DNA from: Chrysomallon squamiferum
Taxonomy: Eukaryota; Animalia; Mollusca
DNA: 64,000 bases
Assembly (NCBI GenBank): GCA_012295275.1
Contig: CM022672.1
Span: 10,416,001 to 10,480,000 of the forward strand
Reading direction: 5' to 3'
The notes below the pieces were generated by a model. It was not told the origin of the DNA, searched no databases, and was given only the letters and a program-made list of their open reading frames with translations. Positions 1 through 12,500 of the stretch are shown here, in pieces. Each line of letters starts with the position of its first letter. Within the stretch, counting starts at the first letter, position 1. The position numbers were made by a program, and so were the translations under genes.

Positions 1-20
1 TTCCTTGCCAAAAAAAAGAG

Positions 21-22
<2 letters not shown>

Positions 23-60
<38 letters not shown>
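23..60. repeat. (TG)n microsatellite
   Basis: Direct reading. Confidence 0.95.
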
Positions 61-63
<3 letters not shown>

Positions 64-1289
64 ATCATTAATAAAGTCACATTTATCATATTGTCTGTAT
101 TTCTGTTTCAGGCTGTATAATCCAAGTATTTTCGTTTTACTAAATATTTCATTCAACCTTTCAGTCATTATGTTTTACTAAAATGGATTGCATTGTTCTG
201 TATAATCGATTACCTTGCATCTCTATTTGAATATTGATCATGTTTGATCTTCATTTTGAACATAATAATAAATAAATAAATAAATAAATAACATTGACAT
301 TTTGAATTTATTTTCAATATCTGAGAACTTCTAAACCAACTTTAACTCAGGAGAAAAATAAACCTTTGTTTATAATCCATCATATTTATCTAAACACTCA
401 TTAACTCATTATACATGGACTTGATAATGTTTTCCTATTTTTTTCAAATTCTGAGCCGCTGTTCTTTATAAGAAATCGAACTGAATCCTGTGTTCAGGAA
501 TAACCACATATACCACAAGGTTGATTAAGGCCTTTATCCCCTTCACCTGGCCTTATTACTTGTCAGATAAGTTGTCTGACTGAACTGTATACTGAAAATT
601 ATCTACCTTAGTAATAAGAACATGGCGATTAGTGTAGCTCCAAAAAAAAAAAAAAAAAAAAAAAAGATGGGGTATAGAATTAAGGTATAACTGATTACAG
701 GATCATCCCTCAACAGAACATCAAATTGGCTATTTTCTAATCTAGATAATGTCAAATATGAGCTTCATCAACAAACAGGCACATCAAGATGCATGTAAGA
801 GATTTTTTATTGCCTGCTATATAGATTTTTCTTATTATCTTTGTGGTTCATCACATGTATAATGTCATAAAACTGCACATTAGATATGTGCTAAATATAT
901 TGTTAAATAAAACATTTTTTTCCACAATTTGTTTCTGGTTAAATGAAGATAAATCAATGAAGGAACATTTGTTAAACAGTCCTTTGTCATGTATTTGTTA
1001 ATAATTTAAATAAGAGACCAGGTTTTGAATATTTGATTTTTGAATGGTATGAGAGAAGAAGCCTATTTTTTTGCTTAATTTTGTTAATTAGCAGCAGTGT
1101 ATGTTTGTTTATATGTCTAGACCAACAGACAGAAAAGCAGGTAGCATTCAATTATTGAATCAATTAGTGTACAGGGTGGAATTGGAAATATCCTTAAGCT
1201 TACATTGAAGAGGATTGTTCCTTTGACTTTTCATGCCTCAGGCAATCACTATACCACCGAGTTCAAGCCTTAACCTTCTAGTTACAATA

Positions 1290-1522
1290 CTTTGAATATT
1301 TAAAGACAGCTTAAGCTACAGCTTCACTGATTTGTTTACAATATTTTGTATGTTTAAAGATATCTTGAGCTATAGCCTTATTGTTTGCAGTATTTTGTAT
1401 ATTTAAAGATATCTTGAACTATTGCTTTATTGTTTCTATTAAATTATTTTCTAATTTTAAAGATATCGTGACCTATTGCTTTATTGTTTTTCTGATAATG
1501 TTGGGGGTATTTAGAGATATCA
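1290..1522. repeat. Degenerate ~50-bp tandem repeat (about 4-5 copies)
   Basis: tttaaagatatcttga.cta..gc.ttattgttt recurs at roughly 1300, 1353, 1402, 1456 and 1510. Confidence 0.75.
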
Positions 1523-3133
1523 CACTTTCTGTATTATTAATCAACTGAGAATGACCTCTCAACTGAGAATGACTTTGTCAGTCAGTTTTTGTAGAGTTTT
1601 TACATCCCGTATTACTTTGCTCCAGTCTGGTTTGGTGCTGCGTAACTACATAGCTCAGTATTATCAATTATCCATTAGTATCATGAGCAGAAAAAGAGGT
1701 GTGCATATGTGTTTACTTATGTACATGCATGCACATGTAATTCTTTACATGTGTATGTAATTTTATTATTAGGTAAATGTGAGAATATTTTCACACTTTT
1801 TTATGTTAAAATACATAATTAAAAATGTGTATGTATGTAATGTTAATCTTGCATAAGTATGTGTCTATATTTTTATTTACGTATATATAAATAAGAATAG
1901 ATATTTGTATATGTGTCATTATATGTATTGTTTGCATGCGTGTTTGTGTACATGTGTGCATGCATGCATGCATGGTGTGTGTGTATGTGTATGTGTATGT
2001 GTGTGTGTGTTTGTATGTGTGTGTGGCCAGATATCATTAACAGTATCTTGCTAGTTAAATCCAGTTATGTGATGATCTGCATTAAATGTTAATCAGTGTT
2101 GTAAATTATTAATTATTTATATTAACAGCAGATGTCTGTGAAAGTAATATATCATATATTGCTATGAGTAAAGAAAAAGGCCCATTGTCTTTACATGTAT
2201 ATCACAACTTGCCAAACTACCAGTCTCTGCATCCAATAAAATGGTGGTTATATCATACCAATAGTGTATGCTAAGTTTATCAAAAATCACAGTATGAGAT
2301 ATTCTACACACATAAAGATGTATTATACTTGTTACTTCGTTGATGACTGGAAAAGAATGACTTCAGATGATTTCCTTTCAAAAACTGTTATTATAAAACT
2401 ATGAGTTGTCATCAGAAATTTTCATTCATCCATGAAACATGGCTATGGTCAATGTCAGAATGTTCTTCTTAGGTCATCATGGTTTCAGTGATTCAGTTGT
2501 ATTGCAGTTTCTACCTGACCATTTACTTTCTCATGTATGCCATGAGTCCTCTGTCAAAGGTCATCGTATGTGATTTCCTGCTTTTGTATAAAATCATTTC
2601 AAAAAAATAATTCCTGTTTCATACTGTTTCATATTAAAAATAAATATAATATGCAGAAAAACAGTCTGATCTAAAATTAATTACAATGTATGATATTAAA
2701 TTGTTTGAACAAAAAAAAAAAAGGTCGCTCATCATTAATGGCAAGAGAGTTTTCTTTGTTGCTTGAGTTTACTGAACTGTTAATCACAGAATATTTACTT
2801 TAAGTTTAACTTGAGTGTGTTTTTTGTTTGTCAGCTGTAACATCAGTTATAGTAATTATCTTTTCATCACATGGTTATGTTTTTGATTAGTTAATTTCAC
2901 TCTCATAGAGGCACAACTATTATACACAGATACGTTCACCTGTATATGTTTTGTTTGTTTAGGATAATAATATTAAAAATAAAAAGTTTATAAAATATTC
3001 CGTGTTTGTATATCAGTAAGGATATTTCTGGTATCATCACCCCATACTTGTTGTTGTCTGTTAAAGTAAATATAGAATTGATGTTTGCTGCAGAGATATG
3101 AGTTATAATAAATATTCTGAAGCAGAAGTATTT

Positions 3134-3162
3134 TATATATATATATATATATAAGAACACAT

Positions 3163-3206
<44 letters not shown>

Positions 3207-3403
3207 GTATCTATGTAATATATAACACACACACATTTGTATATACATATATATTTATAAAACATATGATTAAATTATTAATATTTTTAAATCTGATAGT
3301 AATACAGTCATTTTCTTTGGAAAATATCTTTATTGGTTTTAATAATGCTTATAACACACACACACATTATTAATGTTGTTGCTGATATTATCATCGTTAT
3401 TAC

Positions 3404-3449
<46 letters not shown>
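3134..3449. repeat. (TA)n, (CA)n and (ATT)n microsatellite cluster
   Basis: Direct reading. Confidence 0.9.
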
Positions 3450-3452
<3 letters not shown>

Positions 3453-3499
3453 CTTGCTTTCATTAGTTTTATTTGTTATTATCAATAATTATTTTTAAT

Positions 3500-3536
3500 C
3501 TAATGTATGTATGTTTTTGTATATTTTCAGGTAAGT
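3500..3536 (+). other. Candidate recursive splice site (3'ss immediately followed by a perfect 5'ss)
   Basis: ctaat (branch-like, 3500) ... gtttttgtatattttcag|gtaagt. Confidence 0.6.
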
Positions 3537-3974
3537 GTTCCAAAGTATTGGATGGTTGTTTTCTTGGTAAATGACACAATGTGATTAGAGAGAAGGTTCA
3601 AGTTTTTTTAATACTGATAAGAGGATCGAGGTAAAATAACACATAACACTGGTAAATATCACTGCATGTGATAAGGTTAAGATGGAATACAGAAATATAT
3701 TAAATGACAAAGTGCAAAAAGGTTCGTCATAAACAAGAAAATGATAAAATATTTATGAAAGTGTATTTATCTAAGATGAAAATAACAAGGATCATTTAAA
3801 AAATAATTATCAATTTTGAATTGTAACTTAGTAGTTTCAATGCTTAGTAGTCTCATTATCACAGTCTTAGTAGACTTTTTCCAACTCTGACTAGAGCAGT
3901 GATTCTCAGCCTTGATGGCAGCACCTCCTTCAGATGCTATAAATATATAAGGGATGATTGTAAATGATGTATAA

Positions 3975-5490
3975 TATACATGTCAGACTATCTGTCCATC
4001 TTCTCACTGTATAACACAGGTATCCCCTTTCTCACTGTATTATGTAGGTTCCAGATCATTTATCCCCTTTCTCACTGTATTAAATAGGTACCAGATCATT
4101 TATCTCCCTTTTTACTGTATTCTGTAGGTACCAGACCATTTATATCCCTTCTCATTATATTATGTAGGCACCAGTTCATTTATCCCCATTCTCACCATAT
4201 TATGTAAATACCAGACCATTTATCTCCATCCTCACTGTATAATGTAAATACCAGACCATTTATCTCCATCCTCACTGTATAATGTAAATACCAGTTCATT
4301 TATCCCCCTTCTCACTGTATTGTGTAAATACCAGACCATTTATCCCCCTACTCACTGTATTGTGTAAATACCAGACCATTTATCTCCCTTCTCACTGTAT
4401 AATGTAAATACCAGACCATTTATCTCCATCCTCACTGTATAATGTAAATACCAGACCATTTATCCCCCTTCTCACTGTATTATGTAAATACCAGACCATT
4501 TATCCCCTTCTCACTGTATAATGTAAATACCAGACCATTTATCTCCCTTCTTGCTCTATTATGTAATTACCAGTCCATTTATCTCCCTTTTCACTGTATT
4601 ATGTAAATACCAGATCATTTTTCCCCTTTCTCACTGTATTAAATACGTACCAGATCATTTATCTCCCTTTTACTGTATTCTGTCCAGTCCATTTATATCC
4701 CTTCTCATTATATTATGTAGGCACCAGATCCCCATTTATCTCCCATTTATCTCCACTGTATTATGTAAATCCATTGATCCCCTTCTCAGATCATTTCATT
4801 TATCCCCCTTCTCGCTGTATTATGTAAATACCAGTCCATTTATCCCCCTTCTCACTGTATTATGTAAATACCAGACCATTTATCCCCCTTCTCACTGTAT
4901 AATGCAGATACTAGACCATTTATCCCCCTTCTCACTGTATTATGTAAATACCAGATCATTTATCCCCCTTCTTACTGTATTTTATAGGTACCTGACTATT
5001 TATTCTCATTTTCACTTTATAATGTAAGGACCAGACCATTTATTCTCCTTCTCACTGTATTATGTAAGGACCAGACCATTTATTCCATCCTCCTTCCAGT
5101 TCATTTATCACTGTATTATGTAAATACCAGACCATTTATTCCATCCTCACTGTATAATGTAAATACCAGACCATTTATCTCCCTTCTCACTGTATAAATG
5201 ACCATTTAAATACCAGACCATTTATCTCCATCCTTTATCTCCATCCTCACTGTATAATGTAAATACCAGACCATTTATCTCCATCCTCACTGTATAATGC
5301 AGATACTAGACCATTTATCTCCATCCTCACTGTATAATGTAAATACCAGTTCATTTATCCCCCTTCTCACTGTATTATGTAAATACCAGACCATTTATCT
5401 CCCTTCTCACTGTATAATGTAAGAAACCAGACCATTTATCTCCATCCTCACGGTATAATGCAGATACTAGACCATTTATTCCCCTTTTTC
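3975..5490. repeat. 40-bp minisatellite (ctcactgtattatgtaaataccagaccatttatccccctt), more than 30 copies
   Basis: Direct 40-nt periodicity, with scrambled or partial units near 4680-4800 and 5090-5240. Confidence 0.97.
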
Positions 5491-5645
5491 TGAAACCTGA
5501 TTTAGAAGTGTATTTATTTGGTTAAATGCAAATTCATCTTTTGCTCTTGTTTTCTTTAGTTTATATTTAAAATACAATATTAAATAGTTGTCCAAAAAAC
5601 AAACTGGAAAATTTGTAAATGTTTATAACTTCACTACATAATTCA

Positions 5646-6373
5646 GTATATGGACATAAGTCCTCCAGAACAAAAAGACCCCAGTCCAAAAATGCACAGG
5701 TGGATAAAAGCAAGGTAGGATCACCTCTCTCCAGTGAAAAATCAAGGAAAGAGAAAAGTTCCCTTAATGAGAAAACAAGATAGGACAAATGATCCTAAAT
5801 GTAAAAATAAACTTTTTTAACATAGTTTAATAATTTCGCTTATCAAAATCATGGAATGTATCTATTTAGATATTTGTTAAACTAAATTGTGGGTGCTCAG
5901 CTTCCATAACTGATTAACTTTAAAAGTAATCCACATAATTAGCATAAAAGTGACTTAGCACACCTTAGAAAATACAAAATGTCATGTCTGGAGTTTTTGT
6001 CATGTTTTGATATTATTTTTGGAAATTATATTCATTTTTCAAAATGGTGAAATTCCCAAAATATGCTACAGTATATTATCTCATTTAATTCCATATGATA
6101 GAAATCTGCTTTGATAGAAATTGCATCCTTCATTTTAATTGTGATTATTATAACAGTTATTTTATAGTAGTAATTAATTATGCTGATAAAAAAAAAAAAT
6201 GATGATCATGCCATTATTATGCTGATTTTGATAAAGCTATGTCGTAGGTATGCTTTAATAAAGTGATTGTTTGCAAAATCTTCTGTGAGGAGGATCAGTC
6301 TTACTATATATTTCATTGGACGGCTTTTGTCCACCTGTGCATTTTTGGACTAAGGAGCTTATGTCCTACATTC
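5646..6373. mobile_element. Non-autonomous DNA transposon (MITE, probably Mutator-like), ~730 bp
   Basis: Inverted termini: agtccaaaaatgcacaggtggataaaagc (~5682-5710) vs gcttttgtccacctgtgcatttttggact (~6323-6351), 1 mismatch; ggacataag vs cttatgtcc further out. No TSD recognised. Confidence 0.7.
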
Positions 6374-6464
6374 ACATTGTACTTCTGTGACCAGCATAAA
6401 ATTTAACCCTCAAAATGATCAGAAAAGGGGAGCTGTGAAAAAGGGTTAAGAAACACTGACCCAC

Positions 6465-6635
6465 AGTGGTTTTTGTCAAAAGCTGTGGTATACAATTTTC
6501 TGTTTATGGAACAAATAAAAGATCTCATGCTGCTAATGAAGAACCCCTTGAGTGGCAGCAGTGGGTTTCCTCTCTTGTTGCCATGGTCCTTAAGCATGTA
6601 TAAGAGTCAGTACAAGTGAGATTATAAATGTGTTA
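6465..6635 (+). mobile_element. Old dispersed SINE-like repeat copy (related diverged copies at ~780-925, ~32340-32550, ~35105-35250, ~41300-41440, and minus-strand ~1060-1290)
   Basis: Shared motifs among copies: (g)catataaaagat...tgctgctaat, gggtttcctctc, gtggtcctt, and terminal ttaaataaaacattt. It resembles, from memory and unverified, an abundant gastropod short retroposon. Confidence 0.55.
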
Positions 6636-6896
6636 TGGGCCAAGTATTTTCACAAAAGATTGGATACTGAATTTTGATAACGTAAAGGTTATGGAATCAA
6701 GGTGATAAGGTATTTGAAATTTAGTTCAAAATATCCACAAAATAATGTTGATATTATAGTAACATGAAGGTAACCAGAAATTATATTATTCTGATTTTGA
6801 CTGAATGATAGCATTAGATCTATAAATTTATATAAATGTGTTATTTATTTCTATATTTTCTGAATGCCCCATTGTTTTTGTAAATCTCAAATCTTA

Positions 6897-6916
6897 GTGT
6901 GTGTGTGTGTGTGTGT

Positions 6917-6960
<44 letters not shown>
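6897..6960. repeat. (GT)n(GA)n compound microsatellite
   Basis: Direct reading. Confidence 0.95.
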
Positions 6961-9540
6961 TGCTAATTAATGACAAAAAGCCAGAAGGATAGAACAAATC
7001 TTAAAATGTATTAATAAAAAACTACATATATTTTTCTTTTTTAAAAGCCATATGAACAAAAACAAGAAATAGAGAAAACATAAAAGTATGATGAAACACA
7101 CAGCGGCACATATTTTATAGAAGAAAATTAATTACGAACTTTAAGTGCACATAGGCTGTACACTCACATAAGATATTGATTTGTATTATAAAATATTTAG
7201 TCACACAAAGCAAAACTAATCTGTATGTCTTTATCCATATATTAGAGCAGAACTAATGAAAAATTTAAAAATATATTATAAATAAAAGAGTTAGGAGGAG
7301 TGGGGGGTGAAAGACATTTTCTGAAAAACTTAATAAAGCTTATTTGTGATCTACTTTACCATCGTAACATTCAGATCTACCGAATTGGCACTGTGTGTTT
7401 GTTTTTCCAACTGATGAATTTTTCTTCATAATAAAACTTTTTTTTTTTTTTTTTCTCTACTTTTCCGAATTCCTGATTATAGTAATAAACATTTTAGTTG
7501 TAATGAATTTAAATATAAAAGTATTTTTAGATTAATTATTTTTGTTTCATTGTCAGTGTATGGGTAACAAAATTTACAATTCAGCAGCAGTCAATTTTTT
7601 TCTTGTCTTGTTGGGATATTTTGGGGATATATTTTTTTGTTTGTTTGCCAGTGTCATTTCAAATGTACCATAGGAGATAAAAGAAGCAGTTTAAATATAT
7701 TGTGCATGCTGACAAGTTTTATTTTATTTATTGGTTTTCTTTTGGGGTGGGAGTACTGTCCACATTTTAATTTTAATTAACATCAAAGTTAGAAATAATA
7801 AAGTAATGTTGCCATTTTTTTGAATGATGGGATATCACCACATACTGATTTGACTTTTTCTATTTTTCTATTGTTGTCATACAAAATAAAGCTATCCATC
7901 CACCAGACAGACATGAGATCTCTGATATCCAGATACATTCATGATCCCAGTTACAAAGAAGTAAAATAGCAGCCATTAAGTATTTTGTAACAATATTATT
8001 CTATTGTTACATTTTGTTATGGGCTGTGACAAAGCTGAGTTAATGTGTTGCAGAGAATTATGGTTAAACATCAAGTGCTTGTAGTCCTTTTAAGAAAGAC
8101 ATATATAAATCTGTGTGTGTGTGTGTGGGGGTGCACATGCATGACTGTGTGTGAGCATACAGTGGACTGTGCAGAAACCAGCATTTGACTAATCTGGATT
8201 TCTGAATAAACCCGCACCATTTCAAAGTCTGGTCCAGCTATTGTTAATCTATTATGAACAAAACCATGTCTAATCCAGATGTTATTTACTTCAGATTCTG
8301 AGTGCAAATTCCTTAAGAAAAGAACAGTTTATATAGTAGTTAGCAATGTCAACAACAGCACACACTTTTACAAGAACAATCACTTCTTACAACAGTTATG
8401 GCAATTTGCACTTAATTAGACTACTGCAGGAGCTGAAATGAGCTCTTCTTTGAAGACTTGATGCCATTGCTTCTTGTAAGTACTATGTGCAGCTAGATGA
8501 ACAAGATTATTATTAGTGTGTATTAATACCCAAGTGAATTAACTCATTCACTTTGGCACTTTTTATGTTGTCTTGCCTTATGGAATTCATATTAATGGCA
8601 GAGCAACCTAAAGATAAAAAAAAAACCCATCGAACTTTCAATGCAATCTAAAGTGAAATTGATAGAATAATTTTCATCAAATCCACTGTGTAAACGGAAA
8701 TTTAAAACACAGTGACCATTAAGAGAAAACTACAGTGAAACAAAATAAGTAATGACCAGCAATTTCAAAAATCTGAATGGATTGGCAAAACCTCAATCAG
8801 ATGTTTGTACACTGACTGAACTTTCATGCACCGACATTCTTAAAATGACAACACAAATTAAATCTTTTGCTGCTACTACTACTGAAAGCATGGAGGCCAT
8901 GACAGAGTAGTTTGCTTTGGAGCAAAATGTGAAGAAAAAAAACCCCACAGTCATCAGTGACAAATTATTTGATAGATGTAACATTTATAAACAAATATAT
9001 TCCAGTTTCATTTTTAATCTTTATGTACCGGCACTCTGTCTAAAATGGTGTATCTTGCTGATGTCAACTAAATCCAGTTTTGACAGTCTTGTGTCGGTGT
9101 ATGTGTTACTGTGTGTGTGTGTGTGCATGCAAAAACAAATTCATTTTTTTATTTTTTATTTTATATTTGTTACCAGTAATTATTTAAAATACTTAAAGTG
9201 AAAAGTAATTATTTAAAATTTTAAAGTGAAAAAGCAGGTTATACTATGCTGTTTAAAGGTGTTAGTCCAATATTAATTTTTAATTTGTTTTTCAGTGGCC
9301 CCGGTGTAACTTTAACCACCTTAAAATGCATTCGGATTTCAAACATATCGAGTGAAACTACAATGTAAACAAATAATAATAAAATTTAATTCATTAAGGG
9401 CAATTGTTGCACTTTCACAATTTCTTCAAACTCAGAATATCCTGAACAAATGTGAAGAACACTTATAAATTCTAATTCTTTCTTGTATTTTTCAAAGTTT
9501 TAGTGTTTCAGGTATTTAAAAATGCACATCAGATCATCAT

Positions 9541-12500
9541 CATGGAAATGTCAGTTCAAGAGTTCTTGAACAGCACAATTGAATATTGTGGGAGATATTT
9601 CAAAGGAAATCTCCCAGTCCCCTGTTTCCATCAGCAAAAACCTACTTTATATCTGCTGAGTGAACTCTTCACCTTCTTCTTGAACTCATCAGAATGAGCC
9701 ACTCACATCGGTTTGGTCAAAATAATTCAACAGTTTCTCTAGATTTTTAATATCAGGGATGTTGTCAGCTAGGAAAGCCATACCATCCTTTACCTGGTCC
9801 AGAGGTAGAAAGGCCACACCATCTATCATCCCTATCAACCTCTTGACTCCCCTTTCAAACAATTATAGGAACCTCAAAACCTTCAGCTAAGTGAACTGTG
9901 TAATTAACACAACTTTGAAGTTGTTTCTTTACAAATTCTGTGTTTTATGTGTTGTTGTTTTTAATTAACAACAAATTCTGTTATTTTTTATTAATAAAAT
10001 ATTAAGTAAAAATTTTATTAATAAAAAAACCTAAAGGTGAGCAGTTGTCTTGTTTCTCACTTCATTGGTGAACAGTTGCCCTTGTTTAATGATTCTGAGA
10101 AATTCCACTCAGTCATAGCTCAGTCAGTTTTCTAGTATCAACATTTACTATGCAATTTTTTTAAGCTTTTAATTTTAGTCTAACTGGTTATGTCAGTATC
10201 TCATTTTTTAATTTTTGAAAGTGCTTGAAAGAACCTGATGTATTGGAATTATGTAATTATTGTGATACAAATGCACTGTCATTATGATACTGTGTAACTT
10301 AATACACTAATGTGCGTGTGTGTAAATGTTTACCTAATGATTCAGTGCCTTTTTCAGCTATAGAAGCTAAATGAAAATATTTTCTCTTCTCTTATTTAGA
10401 CTGAATATAGAGGATATGGCTTGCTCTTTTGTCAAAATGATTAAAAAAAAAAAATTAATTATTAAACTGCTGGAATATTTGTCACTGGTTTATTTGATTA
10501 TTCGTTCACTGTTATCATTTTCACTGATGTATAAACAATTTATTTTCATGTGTACAAAAAGAAAATAACTTCCTTGTTGAAAATTTAAATAATTGTTGAT
10601 AGGAAGATATTTTAATTAAATCTGTTGACAATGAAATATTCAGTTACAGTTACCACTGTTAACCCCTTTAACTCACACCTTGATTTTCATAGATTTCAGG
10701 AAATCCAGACCAAATCTGGCAAAATCTTAAAATCTCATTACTGGATTATAACATAGCTGTTAAGTGTACTAAAGTTCAGTGTTCTGTAAATTTCATGTTA
10801 ATGTTTGTCTGGACTTTTGCATTTTCCAGACTAGTGCTGCCCCCTACTAGTCAAGTGTCAACAACATACACTGTATATGTTATGGATGGAGAAAAGATAT
10901 TTTCCCAATCTAGAAATGCATGTCTGTGTTTGAGACCACAATTTTAATTTCTTTTATTTTTTTAAATTAATGTTTCTTTGTTTTTATTTCTTTTATTGGA
11001 AGAAATTCTGAATCTTTCCATTTTGTCTGTATCTAATACCAACCTCTTTGTACCTGTTCAAATATTAGCAAATTTTACTATTAAACTAATTTGGTTGTGT
11101 CTTTCCTTTGTCCTCCGTAGAGTAAGTCATAAAAATATCTTCCATGTCACTGAACCAGGATTTTAAACTAGTGAGAAAATTAAAAAAATTAATAAAAACA
11201 ACAGATTACAAATAGCTTCAGTCTGTTTCCGGTCAGTTGAAGAAAAGGTTATTGACTTGTATCTGTCAACAAGTCTTTGTCACAAATAGTATTCTTCACT
11301 TCCACCCAAATCTGCTAAGCTCAATACAGACTGTTCATCATTTATCCAAATCTTAAAATCTTAAAATTTCAAATACAGTGATGATGTAGTGATGATTTAA
11401 TTGCCACCACAATTGCTGATTTGTTTATCACAAAACTTTTATTTTATTTTAGGTTATGGTATGTGTATGTAAATGGTTGGGTAAGAGTGGCAGTCGTAGT
11501 TAAAAAAATTATACAAAAATTAATCCTATATCAGCTGTATTTTAAACAAATTCACATCAGTTCACCATGGAAGTGTCAGTACAAGAGTTCTTGAACAGCA
11601 CAACTGAATATCGTGGGAGATATTTCAAAGGAAATCTCCCAGTCCCCTGTTTCATCAGCAAAAACCTACTTTATATCTGCTGAGTGAACTCTTCACCCTC
11701 TTCCTGAGCTCATCAGAATGTGCCACTCACATAGGTTTGGTCAAAATAATTCAACAGTTTCTCTAGATATTCAATATCAGGGATGTTGTCAGCTAGGAAA
11801 GTCATACCATCCTTTACCTGGTCCAGAGGTAGAAAGGCCACACCATCTATCATCCCTATCAACCTCTTGACTCCCCTTTCAAACAATTGTAGGAACCTCA
11901 AAACCTTCAGCTAAGTGAACTGTGTAATTAACACAACTTTGAAGTTGTTCCTTTACAAATTCTGTGTTTTATGTGTTGTTGTTTTTAATTAACAACAAAT
12001 TCTGTTAATTTTTATTAATAAAATACTAAGAAAATTTTTTATTAATAAAAAAACCTAAAGGTGAGCAGTTGTCTTGTTTCTCACTTCATTGGTGAACAGT
12101 TGCCCTTGTTTAATGATTCTGAGAAATTCCACTCAGTCATAGCTCAGTCAGTTTTCTAGTATCAACAAAGACTTTGCAGTTTTTTTAAGCTTTTAATTTT
12201 AGTCTAACTGATTATGTCAGTATCTCATTTTTTAATTTTTGAAAGTGCTTGAAAGAACCTGATGTATTGGAATTATGTAATTATTGTGATACAAATGCAC
12301 TGTCATTATAATACTGTGTAACTTAATACACTAATGTGCGTGTGTGTAAATGTTTACCTAATAATACAGTGCCTTTTTCAGCTGTCTGTATCGAAGCTAA
12401 ATGAAAATATTTTCACTTCTTCTCTTACTTAGAGTGAATGTAGACTATATGGCTTGATCTTTTATAAAATCTTTAAAAGAAAATTAATTATTAAACTGCT

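Noticed and set aside
3975-5490. CRISPR-like array, or the 158-aa ORF 4551-5027
   Set aside because: Head-to-tail 40-bp units with no unique spacers, in eukaryotic DNA with no cas genes; the ORF merely reflects the repeat.
6403-6449. TTAA-CCCT...AGGG-TTAA mini piggyBac-like element (also a short inverted repeat at ~32004-32138)
   Set aside because: The terminal matches are too short to exclude chance.
8700-9000. + strand protein-like run (NFKNLNGLAKPQSDVCTLTELS...) as a LINE ORF1 relic
   Set aside because: No diagnostic motif and no nearby endonuclease or reverse transcriptase sequence.
10680-11360. Alternative genetic code (TGA=Trp or Sec; mitochondrial or symbiont insert) for the minus-strand relic
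   Set aside because: TAA/TAG stops and frameshifts also occur, and a paralogous codon is CGA where the satellite has TGA, which points to CpG decay.
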